Shown: positions 1 through 9,786 of the stretch, one piece after another
Numbering within the stretch: position 1 is the first letter of the stretch
How the letters are laid out: the number at the start of each line of letters is the position of its first letter
NCBI GenBank assembly: GCA_041497135.1
Contig: JBGQFX010000009.1
Location: 128-64,127, forward strand
Origin: Gemmatimonadota bacterium
GTDB taxonomy: Bacteria > Gemmatimonadota > Gemmatimonadetes > Gemmatimonadales > GWC2-71-9
Reading direction: 5' to 3'
Length of the DNA stretch: 64,000 bases
Notes under the pieces: model-generated
Databases searched by the model: none
What the model was told of the DNA's origin: nothing
What the model saw: the letters and a program-made list of their open reading frames with translations, nothing else
Program-made: the position numbers and the translations under genes

Positions 1-521
1 CTCATGCACACAAGACCATTCTTGTACAGCGCCAGGTTCTCGGCGTCGAGCGCCCGCTTCACTTCCTTGGGCGGTTCAATGCTCCAACTCGGATGTTGGC
101 CCACCTTAACCACGGTGAACCCACTATAGCCGACCAGCGGCCCGCGAGCGGAGCCACCACCTATTCCCGCTGGCTGCATCTTGAAGATCGGGGAGTCAGG
201 CCAAGCCAATACCCAATACCACTGTTTGGTTTTGCCACAGTGCACGCACTCGTAGGTGAGTAATTGCCCTGGATCATTCATCGTCCGTTCTTCAGCCACC
301 AACTTCCACGTCGTCGTGGGCTGGCTCTTGCACGCGTCGTCGGCGCACGGCATTGGGATGGCTGTAGGAAATGAAATGCCTTTCTGGGGCTCACCGAGCT
401 GGAGTCGAAGGCGGCGATAGAGAGGCGAACTGACCAGAAAATCTCGGAGCTGTTGTGCCGCAACCTTTAGCAAGGCTGCGGGAGTGGGTTGTTGCGGAGT
501 CTGAGGTTCGTCGCTCGCCAT
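1..521 (-). CDS. Hypothetical Zn-binding protein, possibly DUF4145-associated; runs off the left edge
   Basis: Not in the ORF track because it has no stop in the window. Manual translation from the ATG at 521 is open to the edge: MASDEPQ...FLVSSPLYRR...PCADDAC...YECVHCGK...KVGQHPSWSIEPPKEVKRALDAENLALYKNGLVCM. Two Cys pairs. Family assignment is from recalled motif similarity. Confidence 0.7.
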   Translation of the reverse strand, partial: MASDEPQTPQQPTPAALLKVAAQQLRDFLVSSPLYRRLRLQLGEPQKGISFPTAIPMPCADDACKSQPTTTWKLVAEERTMNDPGQLLTYECVHCGKTKQWYWVLAWPDSPIFKMQPAGIGGGSARGPLVGYSGFTVVKVGQHPSWSIEPPKEVKRALDAENLALYKNGLVCM

Positions 522-612
522 AGCGCTTCAAGCTGGCGACCGATTCTTCCAATGTCCATCCAATGAAAAGGGTATAGGGGCTCCCCACCACCCCTCACGC
601 ATCATTCGGTGG

Positions 613-621
613 TGGTATCTT
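613..621 (+). promoter_or_regulatory. Extended -10 element (TGnTATCTT), probable leaderless promoter of the HNH gene
   Basis: TG-G-TATCTT lies 9 nt before ATG 631; no Shine-Dalgarno visible. Confidence 0.4.
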
Positions 622-630
622 TCGTTTCTG

Positions 631-1143
631 ATGGACTTCCCCGATAGCGTGAAGCTCGAAGCCAAGCGGCGCGCCAACTACTGCTGCGTGTTCTGTCAGC
701 AGGTGGGGCTCTTCCTCGAGGTGCATCACATCGTGCGGCAGGAGGACGGCGGCACGGCAGACATCACGAACGCGGCTCCCCTATGTCCCAACCACCACAC
801 CCTCTACGACGCGAATCCGCAGCTGCAGAGGTTCGTGAAAGAGATGCGGGACTTCTGGTGGGACCAATGCGCGAAGCGGGCAGCGCAACCCGACGTGGTC
901 GCGCTCGGGCAGAAACTCGACGCACTACAAGCCAGCATCAAGGCCGGACACCAAGAGGTGCTGGGCGAGTTGAAGGCGCTGGTGGCCGGTCGATTCCAGG
1001 GGGCCGCCGACGCAGCCAGTTCAGCCAGTTCGATGCGGGAGCTGATCAAGGCCTCGACCTCGTGGACCGGCTTTGCACCCACCGTTACCGTCACGGCCAA
1101 GGGCCAGGTGACAAACCCCGACCAACCGAGCACGCATTCCTGA
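631..1143 (+). CDS. HNH endonuclease domain protein with C-terminal helical region
   Basis: CCVFC...EVHHIV...GG...N...LCPNHH is a Zn-bound HNH motif. Confidence 0.85.
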   Translation: MDFPDSVKLEAKRRANYCCVFCQQVGLFLEVHHIVRQEDGGTADITNAAPLCPNHHTLYDANPQLQRFVKEMRDFWWDQCAKRAAQPDVVALGQKLDALQASIKAGHQEVLGELKALVAGRFQGAADAASSASSMRELIKASTSWTGFAPTVTVTAKGQVTNPDQPSTHS

Positions 1144-1158
1144 TGGTTGGGGCGCCGT

Positions 1159-1219
1159 TCCTATCCTATCACGCATCCTACCAGAGGCCTTGAAAACGGG
1201 CTCACAGGGCGGTCCTACC
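1159..1219 (+). repeat. Four TCCTAYC direct repeats (candidate integrase arm-type sites)
   Basis: Copies at 1159, 1164, 1176 and 1213, about 85-145 bp inside the tRNA fragment. Confidence 0.4.
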
Positions 1220-1303
1220 CCCAAACTCGTACTCCCCGAAATCCCAACTAGCTCAGGCAGTTACCGTCTAGGCCCGACAAGGCGGGACGCACTCGGCGGA
1301 CAA

Positions 1304-1344
1304 TCATAATTCGTGGGTCGTCGGTTCGAGTCCGACCGCCGCTA
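1304..1344 (+). repeat. 3' half of a tRNA with CAT anticodon (att-site duplication)
   Basis: TCATAA anticodon loop, variable loop GGGTC, T-arm GTCGG-TTCGAGT-CCGAC, acceptor 3' strand CGCCGCT plus discriminator A. No matching 5' acceptor strand or D-arm at the right distance. Confidence 0.8.
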
Positions 1345-1420
1345 TTTCCCCCTACAACCTTCATTTTGGGCCCGGGACTGTGGAGCGGGCGCCACGCCCC
1401 GTTTGCCACCGTGTCCAGAA

Positions 1421-4400
1421 CTAGAAGATGAAGAACGGGTCGCTGGTAAGACTCGTCAGCGCGCCCGACGATGCTTGGAGCGTGTAGGTGCCGATCAGGT
1501 CGATGCTGAGGTTCGAGAAAGTGGCGACTCCGGAAGATGCGGCCACGGTCGTCGTGCTCGCGGGCGTGAACCCGCCGCCAAACGGGCCGGAGGCGATCCC
1601 AATCGTCACGCTGCCGCCGTAGCCGGTGACGGTGTTCCCCTGGGCGTCCTCCACGGTCACCTGAACCGGTGAGATCGTTGCACCCACGGGGGTGCTGCTC
1701 GGCTGGGCCAAGACCAGTTTCGTGGGCGAGCCAGGGATGATGTTGAACGGCGTGCTTATGTCGTAGACCAGTCCGCTCGCCGTAGCGATCAGCGTGTAGC
1801 CATTCCCAACCTTGTTGATGCTGAGGTTCGCGAACGTGGCCACGCCCGCCGTCGCGGGCTGGGTCTTCGTACCGGAGAGGATACCCGGGCCGGGGTTGTC
1901 GAACAGCGCGACCGTCACGTTTCCGGTGAACCCCAACACCGTGTTGCCCAGGGAATCTTGGGCGGTCACCTTGAGCGCGGGGGCGATCGAGGAGCCCGCC
2001 TGGGTTGTTGTGCCCGGTTGCACGGTGAAGACGACCTGGGTCGCGACTGACGTGATGTTGAACGTCGTGCTGGTGGCTGGCGTCAGCGTGCCCGAGCTCG
2101 CTCGCAGCGTGTAGCCAGTCCCCGCCTTGTTGATGTGGAGGTTCGAGAACATCGCAACCCCGCTGGCCGCGTTCACCGCGGTGGTGCCCGAGAGCGTTCC
2201 GCCGCCCGGATTGCTAGCGATGGTGATCGTCACGAGACCGCCAAAGCCGGTGGCGGGGTTCCCCAGCGCGTCCATGGCGGTGACCTGTACGGCCGGCGCG
2301 ATGGCGGCGCCCGCGCCAGTGTTGCTCGGCGGGAATGTGAACACCAGCTGAGCCGCCGGCGCGGACGTGATGTTGAACGGCCCGCTGGTCCCCGCTGTGG
2401 CGCCCGCGGCGGAGGCGGTCAACGTATAACCGGTGCCGGGCCGGTTGATGCTGAGGTTCGGAAACGTGGCCACGCCCAGTATCGCCGTCACGTTGGTCGT
2501 ACCGGAAAGCGCCCCGCCGCCGGGATTGGTACCGATCGCGACGGTCACGCCTCCTGTGAAGGTGACGACCGTGTTGCCCAGGGCGTCCTTGGCCGTGACT
2601 TGGACTCCGCCGGATGCGCCGTTGATCGTGGCGCCCGCGGTGGTGCTGCTCGGCTGTATGGTGAAGACGAGCTGCGGGGGCCCCGCGATGATGTTGAACG
2701 TCGTGCTGGTAGGTGACGTCAGGGTACCCGAGCTCGCGCGCAGCGTGTAGCCGTTCCCCGCCCGGTTGATACTGAGGTTCGAGAACGTCGCGACTCCGTT
2801 CGCCGCCCCGACAGGGTTGGTGCCGGAAAGCGTGCCGCCGCCTGGATTGGCGGCAATGGCGAGCGTGACGCTGCCGCTGAAGCTGGTGGCCGTGTTGCCC
2901 AACGCGTCCTGAGCTGTGACCACAACGGGTGGCGCGATCGAGGCGCCCGCGTTGCTGTTGCCCGGCTGGACGGTGAACACGAGCTGGGTCGCCGGCCCCG
3001 GTGTGATACTGAACCCCGTGCTGGTCCCGGCCAGGCTGCCCGAGGTTGCCCTGAGGGTGTAACCGGTGCCGGGCCGGTTGATGCTCAGGTTCGGGAACGT
3101 CGCCACGCCGTTCACTGCGGTGACCGGGTTCGTGCCGGAGAGTGTGCCGGTGCCTGGATTCGCCGCGATGGCGAGCAAGACGCTCCCCGAGAAATTCGTG
3201 GTATTGAAGAACGCGTCCTGGGCGGTCACGACTATGGCGGGTGTGATCGTGCCGCCTGCCGTGGCGCTCGTCGGCTGGGTGGTGAACACGAGCTGCGTCG
3301 TCGGCCCCGGTGTGATGTTGAACGTGTTGCTCGTCCGGAAGAGCGACGAACTGCTGGCCTGCAGGGTAAAGCCCGTTCCAACCTTGTTGATGCTCAAGTT
3401 GGAGAACGTCGCCACCCCGGCGGATGCGGCTACGGTGGTCGTCCCGGAGAGCGAGCCGCCCCCCGGGTTCGCCCCGATGGCCATGGTGATGTTGCCGGTG
3501 AAGCTCGTGACCACGATCCCCGCTGCGTCCTGCGCCGTCACCTGGATGGCTGGCCCAATGGCCGCGCCGGCCTGGGCGTTGGTCGGCTGGACGGTGAAGA
3601 CGAGCTGGGCCGGCGGCTGCGCCACGTGGAAGTCGGCTGCCGTCTCCGGGTTCGTGGGGCTCAAGGGGAACGAGACCCAGGCACCAGACCGACTCGTGCT
3701 GTCCACCGCTCGGGCCTGCCAGTGGTAATTGCTGTTGTTGGTGAGCCCGGCCGCGGTAACCGAGGCCGTGGCACCATTCGCGACGAACGGGCTGGTGGCG
3801 GTCGGCGTGCGGAGAAAATTGGTGCCCACGAGTCGGACTTCGACTTCCATCCGCACGGGCTGGCCCACGTCGGGGTCGCTCACCTGGCCCTTGAGCACCA
3901 CGCTCGGCGACTGGATCACGTCACCGCCGACCGGGATGCCGGTCGTGCCGTCACTCTGGAACTGGGCCAGCGCCGCTGGCGGGAATGGCACGCCGGCGAG
4001 TTGAATCCGGAAGTCGGTCGCGCTCTCCGCATTGTTGCCGAATTTGGTCCAGGTGCTCGTGAGTCCTGTCTGGTCCTTCGCGCGCGCTTGCCAGTGGTAG
4101 TTCGTGTTGTTGCCAAACTGCGCCTTGATTTGGGCGGTGGCGCCGTTCGGCACCAGGGCGCTCGAGTCCGTGGGCGTGTTGGTGAAGGCGGTCCCGATCG
4201 GGCTGACTTCCACCTGCAGGCGCACTTGGTCACCAGGATCGGAATCGCTGACCGTCGCGCTCAGCACCACGACGTCGGTGTCCGCTGTCCCGCCGATGTT
4301 GATGCCAGTTCCGTCAGGCTTTGACTGAGCGAGCGAGGTCGGTGGATTGGGTGGGTGCGGCACGTTCACGATGAAGTCGGTGGCTCCGGGCAACGAGTCC

Positions 4401-5515
4401 CAACCACCGAATCGCCCGGTGTTGTCCCCGACGCGTACGCGCCAGTGATAGGAGGTCTTGTCGGTCAAACCGGTGGCCCTCACCCAGGCCGGGCTCCCGT
4501 TCGCGACTTTCGGTCCGGGCGAAACGTTGGACCCGCTGAACGCAGTCGCGATCGGCCGCACTTCCGCCTCGAGGTACAGCGAGTCGCCAAGATCCTTGTC
4601 GGAGACCACAGCGCGCAGCAGGACGTTCACCTGGTTCACGGTCCCGCCGATCGGGACGCTGGTGACCGAGTCGTTCAGCCGCTGGTCGAGGGAGATGGGC
4701 TTGTTAGGCTGTCGCGGGTGCACCAGGCGCAGGTTGAACGCCCCCGTGTCGCCCGAATCCACGCTCGTGACCTCGACATAGTAGGTCGTGTTGAGCGGCA
4801 GGCGCTGATAATAGAGGCATGGGTTCCCAGTCTTGCCCTGGCAGTCGTCAGCCTGCGCCAACGGCGGGCGCGCCAGCGACGTGTCCAGTGCCACGTAGGC
4901 ATCGAAGCTGGCGGGGACTTCGATCGAAACCGAATCGTTCGCGGTGCCCAGGAAGCTGTAAATCCGCGCGAATCGGAAGAGACGGTGCGGCGCGCCGCAA
5001 TCGGCCGAGGTCAGCGTATCCGAGATCGAGTCGCCAATCGTGATCTGCCGGGCGCGGCAAGGATGGATTTTGAACCACAGCGGCACCTCGAGCGCCGCGC
5101 TCACAGCGGGCGAGCTGACGATAGCTGTTTCGCGATAGACGCCCGTGTCGAGGTCGCTCGGATCGAAGATCACCTGGACGGGGGGACCGGTTCCGGCGGT
5201 GCCCGAGTCGGGCCGCACCACAACCCAAGAACTACCCTGCTTGATGTCGGCGTTCCACTTGAGCTCACCGCCGCCGCAGTTCAAGACACTGATGACATCC
5301 ACCCGGCGGGCGGTACTGCCGGTTGCCGCCGAGTCCATGAGCGAATCGGGCGCGACTGGCGTCACGCACAGGAAGGCGCCCTGCGGCGGCGCGATCAGCT
5401 TGTCGAGGCGACAGGTGGCTGCGGCAACGCACAGGGCTGCGATCAAAAGTCCCCGCGCCTGACGGGAGCGGACGGGGATCGGGGAGCACGGGCGATGCAA
5501 GGCGGGCAAGCTCAC
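1421..5515 (-). CDS. Large secreted or lipoprotein Ig-like repeat surface protein
   Basis: Hydrophobic N-terminus ending AAATC; BACON-like and PPC-like segments; three Fn3-like repeats (YHWxAR); seven ~100-aa repeats QLVFTxQP...GVATFxNLSIN...GYTL. Confidence 0.85.
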   Translation of the reverse strand: MSLPALHRPCSPIPVRSRQARGLLIAALCVAAATCRLDKLIAPPQGAFLCVTPVAPDSLMDSAATGSTARRVDVISVLNCGGGELKWNADIKQGSSWVVVRPDSGTAGTGPPVQVIFDPSDLDTGVYRETAIVSSPAVSAALEVPLWFKIHPCRARQITIGDSISDTLTSADCGAPHRLFRFARIYSFLGTANDSVSIEVPASFDAYVALDTSLARPPLAQADDCQGKTGNPCLYYQRLPLNTTYYVEVTSVDSGDTGAFNLRLVHPRQPNKPISLDQRLNDSVTSVPIGGTVNQVNVLLRAVVSDKDLGDSLYLEAEVRPIATAFSGSNVSPGPKVANGSPAWVRATGLTDKTSYHWRVRVGDNTGRFGGWDSLPGATDFIVNVPHPPNPPTSLAQSKPDGTGINIGGTADTDVVVLSATVSDSDPGDQVRLQVEVSPIGTAFTNTPTDSSALVPNGATAQIKAQFGNNTNYHWQARAKDQTGLTSTWTKFGNNAESATDFRIQLAGVPFPPAALAQFQSDGTTGIPVGGDVIQSPSVVLKGQVSDPDVGQPVRMEVEVRLVGTNFLRTPTATSPFVANGATASVTAAGLTNNSNYHWQARAVDSTSRSGAWVSFPLSPTNPETAADFHVAQPPAQLVFTVQPTNAQAGAAIGPAIQVTAQDAAGIVVTSFTGNITMAIGANPGGGSLSGTTTVAASAGVATFSNLSINKVGTGFTLQASSSSLFRTSNTFNITPGPTTQLVFTTQPTSATAGGTITPAIVVTAQDAFFNTTNFSGSVLLAIAANPGTGTLSGTNPVTAVNGVATFPNLSINRPGTGYTLRATSGSLAGTSTGFSITPGPATQLVFTVQPGNSNAGASIAPPVVVTAQDALGNTATSFSGSVTLAIAANPGGGTLSGTNPVGAANGVATFSNLSINRAGNGYTLRASSGTLTSPTSTTFNIIAGPPQLVFTIQPSSTTAGATINGASGGVQVTAKDALGNTVVTFTGGVTVAIGTNPGGGALSGTTNVTAILGVATFPNLSINRPGTGYTLTASAAGATAGTSGPFNITSAPAAQLVFTFPPSNTGAGAAIAPAVQVTAMDALGNPATGFGGLVTITIASNPGGGTLSGTTAVNAASGVAMFSNLHINKAGTGYTLRASSGTLTPATSTTFNITSVATQVVFTVQPGTTTQAGSSIAPALKVTAQDSLGNTVLGFTGNVTVALFDNPGPGILSGTKTQPATAGVATFANLSINKVGNGYTLIATASGLVYDISTPFNIIPGSPTKLVLAQPSSTPVGATISPVQVTVEDAQGNTVTGYGGSVTIGIASGPFGGGFTPASTTTVAASSGVATFSNLSIDLIGTYTLQASSGALTSLTSDPFFIF

Positions 5516-5540
5516 GAACCTTCGAATCTACCTGCCTCCG

Positions 5541-5647
5541 CTAGTGCCGTTCCAACTATTCGCGCCAAGTCATCGGAAGACGTTGTGGCTGTCGGCCTGC
5601 GTACGCTGCTTTCGGCATGTTGGCGAATTAGGTTGGAACGGCACTAG
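5541..5647. repeat. 107-bp element with 16-bp perfect terminal inverted repeats (MITE-like or long hairpin)
   Basis: CTAGTGCCGTTCCAAC at 5541-5556 and GTTGGAACGGCACTAG at 5632-5647; imperfect pairing continues inward. Confidence 0.75.
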
Positions 5648-5804
5648 AGCGGCGGCTGCGTCCGACCACCGCTGTCGCTCCCACTCCGAGCCGGGATCCC
5701 CCGGCCCTCGCCGTTGTGGCCCTGAATTGTGGGGTCCGCGCCACGACGCTTTTCGCGCCAAATCGCTATGTTATTGACCCCTTGTACGCGGGTCTGTCGA
5801 TCGA

Positions 5805-8800
5805 ATGGAGACGGGTGAGCGAGCCGGATGGGGAACGTCGCGCCTCGGATTGGGGCGTCGTGGCGCGTTTGCCAGCGCCGCTCACCCCGAGCTCGATCGC
5901 CTGACCCGCCTCGCCCAGCGCGCGCTGCAGTCCCCCATGGCGGTTGTGTGCCTGGCGGATGCGGAGCGGTCCCGCGCGCATGGGGCGGTCGGCGTGCCCG
6001 AGTCGTTGGCCCACCCGCTCTGCAGTCCGGTGCTCGAAGCCGGCGCCTCCATCGCCGCCGCGGACGCGCGTGATGACGCGCGCCTGCGCGACCACGGCGC
6101 CATCGCCCAGCTCGGCGTGGTCGCGTATGCGGGCAGCCCACTGGTCACGGCGGAAGGCTGGGTGGTGGGCGCGCTGGTCGTGATGGACCGGGTCGCACGC
6201 CGCTGGGAGCCCGAGGCCCTCGAGCTGCTCGATCAGCTCGCGGCCCTCGCCGCGGGTAATGTCCAGCTGGCCCGCGCCCGGCGCGAGCAGCAACAGCGCG
6301 ACCTCGTCCTGCACCACGTGGGGGACGTGGTCTACGCGCTCGACACGGACGGGACGATCCTCTCCCTCAACCCGGCCTTCGAGTCGTTCACCGGGTGGCC
6401 GGCGGGCGACTGGGTCGGCCGCTCGTTCGTTTCGCTGCTGCATCCGGACGACCTCCCCCGTATGCTCGACGCGATCTCCCGCGCCCAAGGTGGCGAGCCC
6501 GCGCAGCGGCTCGAGGTGCGGCTGTTGACGCGCTCGGGTGCGTTCGTCGCGGGCGACTGCACGCTCCTGGGCCATGGCGAGAGCGGCGCGGTGCGGCGGC
6601 TGCTGGGCGTCATCCGCGATGCGCGCTCGCGCAAGCAGGTCGAGGCGCTGGTGGCGCGCGACGTGGAGCGCTGGAGCGCGCTGATGGACCATCTGCCCGA
6701 TCCGATCTACTTCAAGGACCGGGACGGCCGGTTCACCCGCGTCAACCGCGCGCAGGCGCTGGTGCTCGGCGTGGACCACCCCGACCAGGCCGTGGGGAAG
6801 ACCAACGCCGACTTCTTCCGGCCCGAGCAGGTCGCCGCCGCCTGGGCGGACGAGCAGGCGATCATGGTCACGGGAGAGCCGCTCGTTTCCAAAGTCGAGC
6901 GGGTGGAGACACTCGACGGGCGGGTGCGCTGGTTCTCGACCACGAAGATGGCGCTGCGCGGTCCCACCGGGGACGTGATCGGTACGATGGGTAGCTCGGG
7001 CGAAATCACCGACATGATGCGGGCGGAGGATGAGCTGCACCGCACGCTGTCGCTGCTCTCGGCGACGCTCGAATCCACCGCCGACGGCATCCTCGTGGTC
7101 GACCTCGCGGGCCGGATCACGAGCACCAACCGGAAGTTCATCAGCATGTGGCGTCTGCCGGAGGAGCTGCTCGCCGCCCGGCAGGACGAACGACTGATCG
7201 AGCACGTGCACGATGAGCTCAAGGACCCGGATGCCTTTCTGCGGCGCGTGCGCGAGCTGTACCTGGACGTCGAAGCGTCGAGCTTCGACATCCTGGAGCT
7301 GCGCGACGGCCGGGTGTTCGAGCGCTATTCGCAGCCGCAGCGCATCGGCGGGACCATCGTGGGCCGCGTCTGGAGCTTCCGCGACGTGAGCGAGCGGCGC
7401 CGCACCGAGGAGCAAAACCGGCTGCTGGCCCACACGATCCAGAGCACCGGCGACATCATCAGCATCACCGACCTCGAGGGCCGGTTCACGTTCGTGAATC
7501 GGGCCTTTCTGACGACCTACGGCTACGGGGAGAGCGAGGTGATGGGGCGGGGCGTGGCGCTGATCGATTCGCCCCGCAATCCACCGGGACTGCAGCGCGA
7601 GATCCGCGAGGCGACGCAGGGCGGCACCTGGCGCGGCGAGCTGTGGAACCGGAGCAAGGACGGCACCGAGTTTCCGGTGGCGCTGACCACCTCGCAGATC
7701 CGGGACCCGGACGGACGGGTGGTGGGCCTGGTGGGGGTGTGGAACGACATCACCAAGCGACGCCGCAGCGAGGCGGTGCAGGTGGCCGTGTACAACATCG
7801 CTGAGGCGGCGAGCGCGGCCGACAGTCTCGAAACTCTGCTACAGGCGGTGCACCGGATCGTGGGCGAGCTGATGCCCGCCCGGAACTTTTTCGTCGCCCT
7901 GCACGATCGCGGCGCCGGGCTGCTCACGTTCCCGTATTTCGTCGACCAGGTCGACACGGCCGACGCCGCCCGGCCCCTGATGCGCGGCCTCACCGAATAC
8001 GTGCTGCGCACCGGGCGCCCGCTGCTCGGCACGCCCGACTCCGTGGCGGCGCTGGAGCGCGGCGGCGAAGTGGAGCTCGTGGGCGCGCCGTCGCTCGACT
8101 GGCTCGGCGTGCCGCTCAAGGTCGGGGCCGACACCATCGGGGTGCTCGCGGTGCAGAGCTACACCGAGGGAGTCCGGTTCGGGGCGGAGGAGCTCGGCAT
8201 CCTGGAGTTCGTCTCGGCCCAGGTGGCCATGGCGATCGAGCGCACCCGGTCCGCGCAGCGCCTGCAGGCGAGCGAGACCAAGTACCGGCAGCTGTTCGAG
8301 GGGAATCCCGAGGCGATGTTCGTATATGACGCCGGCACCCTGCGCTTCCTCGCGGTGAACGAAGCGGCGGTGCGTCGCTACGGCTACTCGCGCGAGGAAT
8401 TCCTCGGCATGTCGCTCCTGGACATCCGCCCCGAGGAGGAAGGCGACCGGCTACGCGATGTGCTGGCCCAATACCGCGGCGGTACCGCGCGGGCCACGGG
8501 CCTCCGTCACCGCAGCCAGGACGGCCGGCTGATCGACGTCGAGGTCACCTTCGACGACATCGATTTCGCGGGCCGGCCCGCCCGGCTCGCCCTCGTCGAG
8601 GATGTCACCGAGCGCCGGCGTCTCGAGGCGCAGCTGCGCCAGGCCCAGAAGATGGAAGCGGTGGGGCAGCTGGCCGGCGGCATCGCGCACGACTTCAACA
8701 ACCTGCTCACGGCCATCATCGGCTACGCCACGCTGCTGGACCGCGCGCTCCCCGCCGACACCGACGTGCGCGAGGACGTACACGAGATCATCGGGGCGGC

Positions 8801-9770
8801 GCGACGTGCCGGTAACCTCACGCACCAGCTGCTGGCGTTCAGCCGCAAGCAGGTGCTGCGGCCCACCGTGCTCGACGTGAATGCCGTGGTGCGGGACATG
8901 GAGCGGATTCTGCAGCGGGTCATCGGCGAGCACATCTCGCTGCACACGAAGCTCGATCCGGAGCTGGCCTGCGTGCTCGCCGACGCGAGTCAGCTGGAGC
9001 AAGTCATTATGAATCTCGCCGTCAACTCGCGCGACGCGATGCCGGCCGGCGGACGGATCACGATCGAAACCGCCAACGTCCCGCTCGACACCGAGCTGGC
9101 GCTGGCGCACCCGGAGGCTGAGCAGGGCATCCACGCCCTCCTCGCGGTGAGCGACACCGGGCAGGGCATGACCCCCGATGTGAAGGCCCATCTGTTCGAG
9201 CCGTTCTTCACCACCAAGGAAGTCGGCAAGGGAACGGGCCTCGGTCTCGCGACCGTGTACGGAATCGTGCGTCAGAGCGGCGGCTTCATCGCGGTGGATT
9301 CCGAGCCGGGGCGCGGCACGCGGTTCCGGCTCTACTTCCCGAGCGCCGAGCCCGAGGCGCCTGAGGTAGCGCATGCGTCCCCCGAGCCGGCGGCCGCGGG
9401 CTCGGGGACCGTGTTACTGGTGGAGGACGAGCCGGGCGTCCGCCATCTGGCGCGCGACGTGCTGTCCCGCTACGGCTACCGCGTCATCGAGGCGGCGGAC
9501 GGCGCCGAAGCCCTCCGCCTGGCGGAAGGCCACGCGGAACCGATCGATCTGCTGCTGACCGATGTGGTGATGCCCGGGATGAGTGGGGCCGAGCTGGCGG
9601 CGCGGTTCCGGGCGCTGCACCCCGGTGTGCCCGTGCTCTATGCGTCCGGCTACGCCGACGAGGCGGTCGTCTCGCACGGTGTGCGACACGAAGGCATGCC
9701 CTTCCTGCAGAAACCGTTTGAACCCGACGATCTGGTGCGGCGCGTCCGCGAGGTGCTGGATTCGAAGTAG
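5805..9770 (+). CDS. Soluble hybrid sensor histidine kinase (GAF-PASx4-GAF-PAS-HisKA-HATPase-REC)
   Basis: [13 protein letters not shown]-box; [22 protein letters not shown] and GTGLGL boxes; receiver LLVEDE...LLTDVVMP...QKPF. Confidence 0.93.
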   Translation: METGERAGWGTSRLGLGRRGAFASAAHPELDRLTRLAQRALQSPMAVVCLADAERSRAHGAVGVPESLAHPLCSPVLEAGASIAAADARDDARLRDHGAIAQLGVVAYAGSPLVTAEGWVVGALVVMDRVARRWEPEALELLDQLAALAAGNVQLARARREQQQRDLVLHHVGDVVYALDTDGTILSLNPAFESFTGWPAGDWVGRSFVSLLHPDDLPRMLDAISRAQGGEPAQRLEVRLLTRSGAFVAGDCTLLGHGESGAVRRLLGVIRDARSRKQVEALVARDVERWSALMDHLPDPIYFKDRDGRFTRVNRAQALVLGVDHPDQAVGKTNADFFRPEQVAAAWADEQAIMVTGEPLVSKVERVETLDGRVRWFSTTKMALRGPTGDVIGTMGSSGEITDMMRAEDELHRTLSLLSATLESTADGILVVDLAGRITSTNRKFISMWRLPEELLAARQDERLIEHVHDELKDPDAFLRRVRELYLDVEASSFDILELRDGRVFERYSQPQRIGGTIVGRVWSFRDVSERRRTEEQNRLLAHTIQSTGDIISITDLEGRFTFVNRAFLTTYGYGESEVMGRGVALIDSPRNPPGLQREIREATQGGTWRGELWNRSKDGTEFPVALTTSQIRDPDGRVVGLVGVWNDITKRRRSEAVQVAVYNIAEAASAADSLETLLQAVHRIVGELMPARNFFVALHDRGAGLLTFPYFVDQVDTADAARPLMRGLTEYVLRTGRPLLGTPDSVAALERGGEVELVGAPSLDWLGVPLKVGADTIGVLAVQSYTEGVRFGAEELGILEFVSAQVAMAIERTRSAQRLQASETKYRQLFEGNPEAMFVYDAGTLRFLAVNEAAVRRYGYSREEFLGMSLLDIRPEEEGDRLRDVLAQYRGGTARATGLRHRSQDGRLIDVEVTFDDIDFAGRPARLALVEDVTERRRLEAQLRQAQKMEAVGQLAGGIAHDFNNLLTAIIGYATLLDRALPADTDVREDVHEIIGAARRAGNLTHQLLAFSRKQVLRPTVLDVNAVVRDMERILQRVIGEHISLHTKLDPELACVLADASQLEQVIMNLAVNSRDAMPAGGRITIETANVPLDTELALAHPEAEQGIHALLAVSDTGQGMTPDVKAHLFEPFFTTKEVGKGTGLGLATVYGIVRQSGGFIAVDSEPGRGTRFRLYFPSAEPEAPEVAHASPEPAAAGSGTVLLVEDEPGVRHLARDVLSRYGYRVIEAADGAEALRLAEGHAEPIDLLLTDVVMPGMSGAELAARFRALHPGVPVLYASGYADEAVVSHGVRHEGMPFLQKPFEPDDLVRRVREVLDSK

Positions 9771-9786
9771 GGTGGGGGCCGCCGGC

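Larger units (their letters stand above)
1..1344. mobile_element. Right end of a putative integrative element/genomic island inserted in a tRNA-Met(CAT) gene
   Basis: Visibly lower-GC DNA with accessory genes, ending exactly at a 3' tRNA fragment. No integrase in the window. Confidence 0.6.

Noticed and set aside
278-591. Short ORF-track calls 278-463(-) and 391-591(-), and also 783-1193(+) and 1313-1672(+)
   Set aside because: Alternative frames overlapping better-supported features (the 521-start ORF, the HNH gene, the att fragment and the surface protein).
1248-1344. Intact or intron-containing tRNA (TAGCTCAG at ~1248 plus the 3' half)
   Set aside because: No 5' acceptor strand complementary to CGCCGCT, the spacing is wrong and the anticodon loop has 9 nt; better explained as an att fragment.
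1421-3620. DNA-level repeats as a CRISPR array or DGR template/variable repeats
   Set aside because: These are ~300-bp in-frame protein domain repeats, with no constant repeat-spacer pattern and no cas or reverse transcriptase gene.
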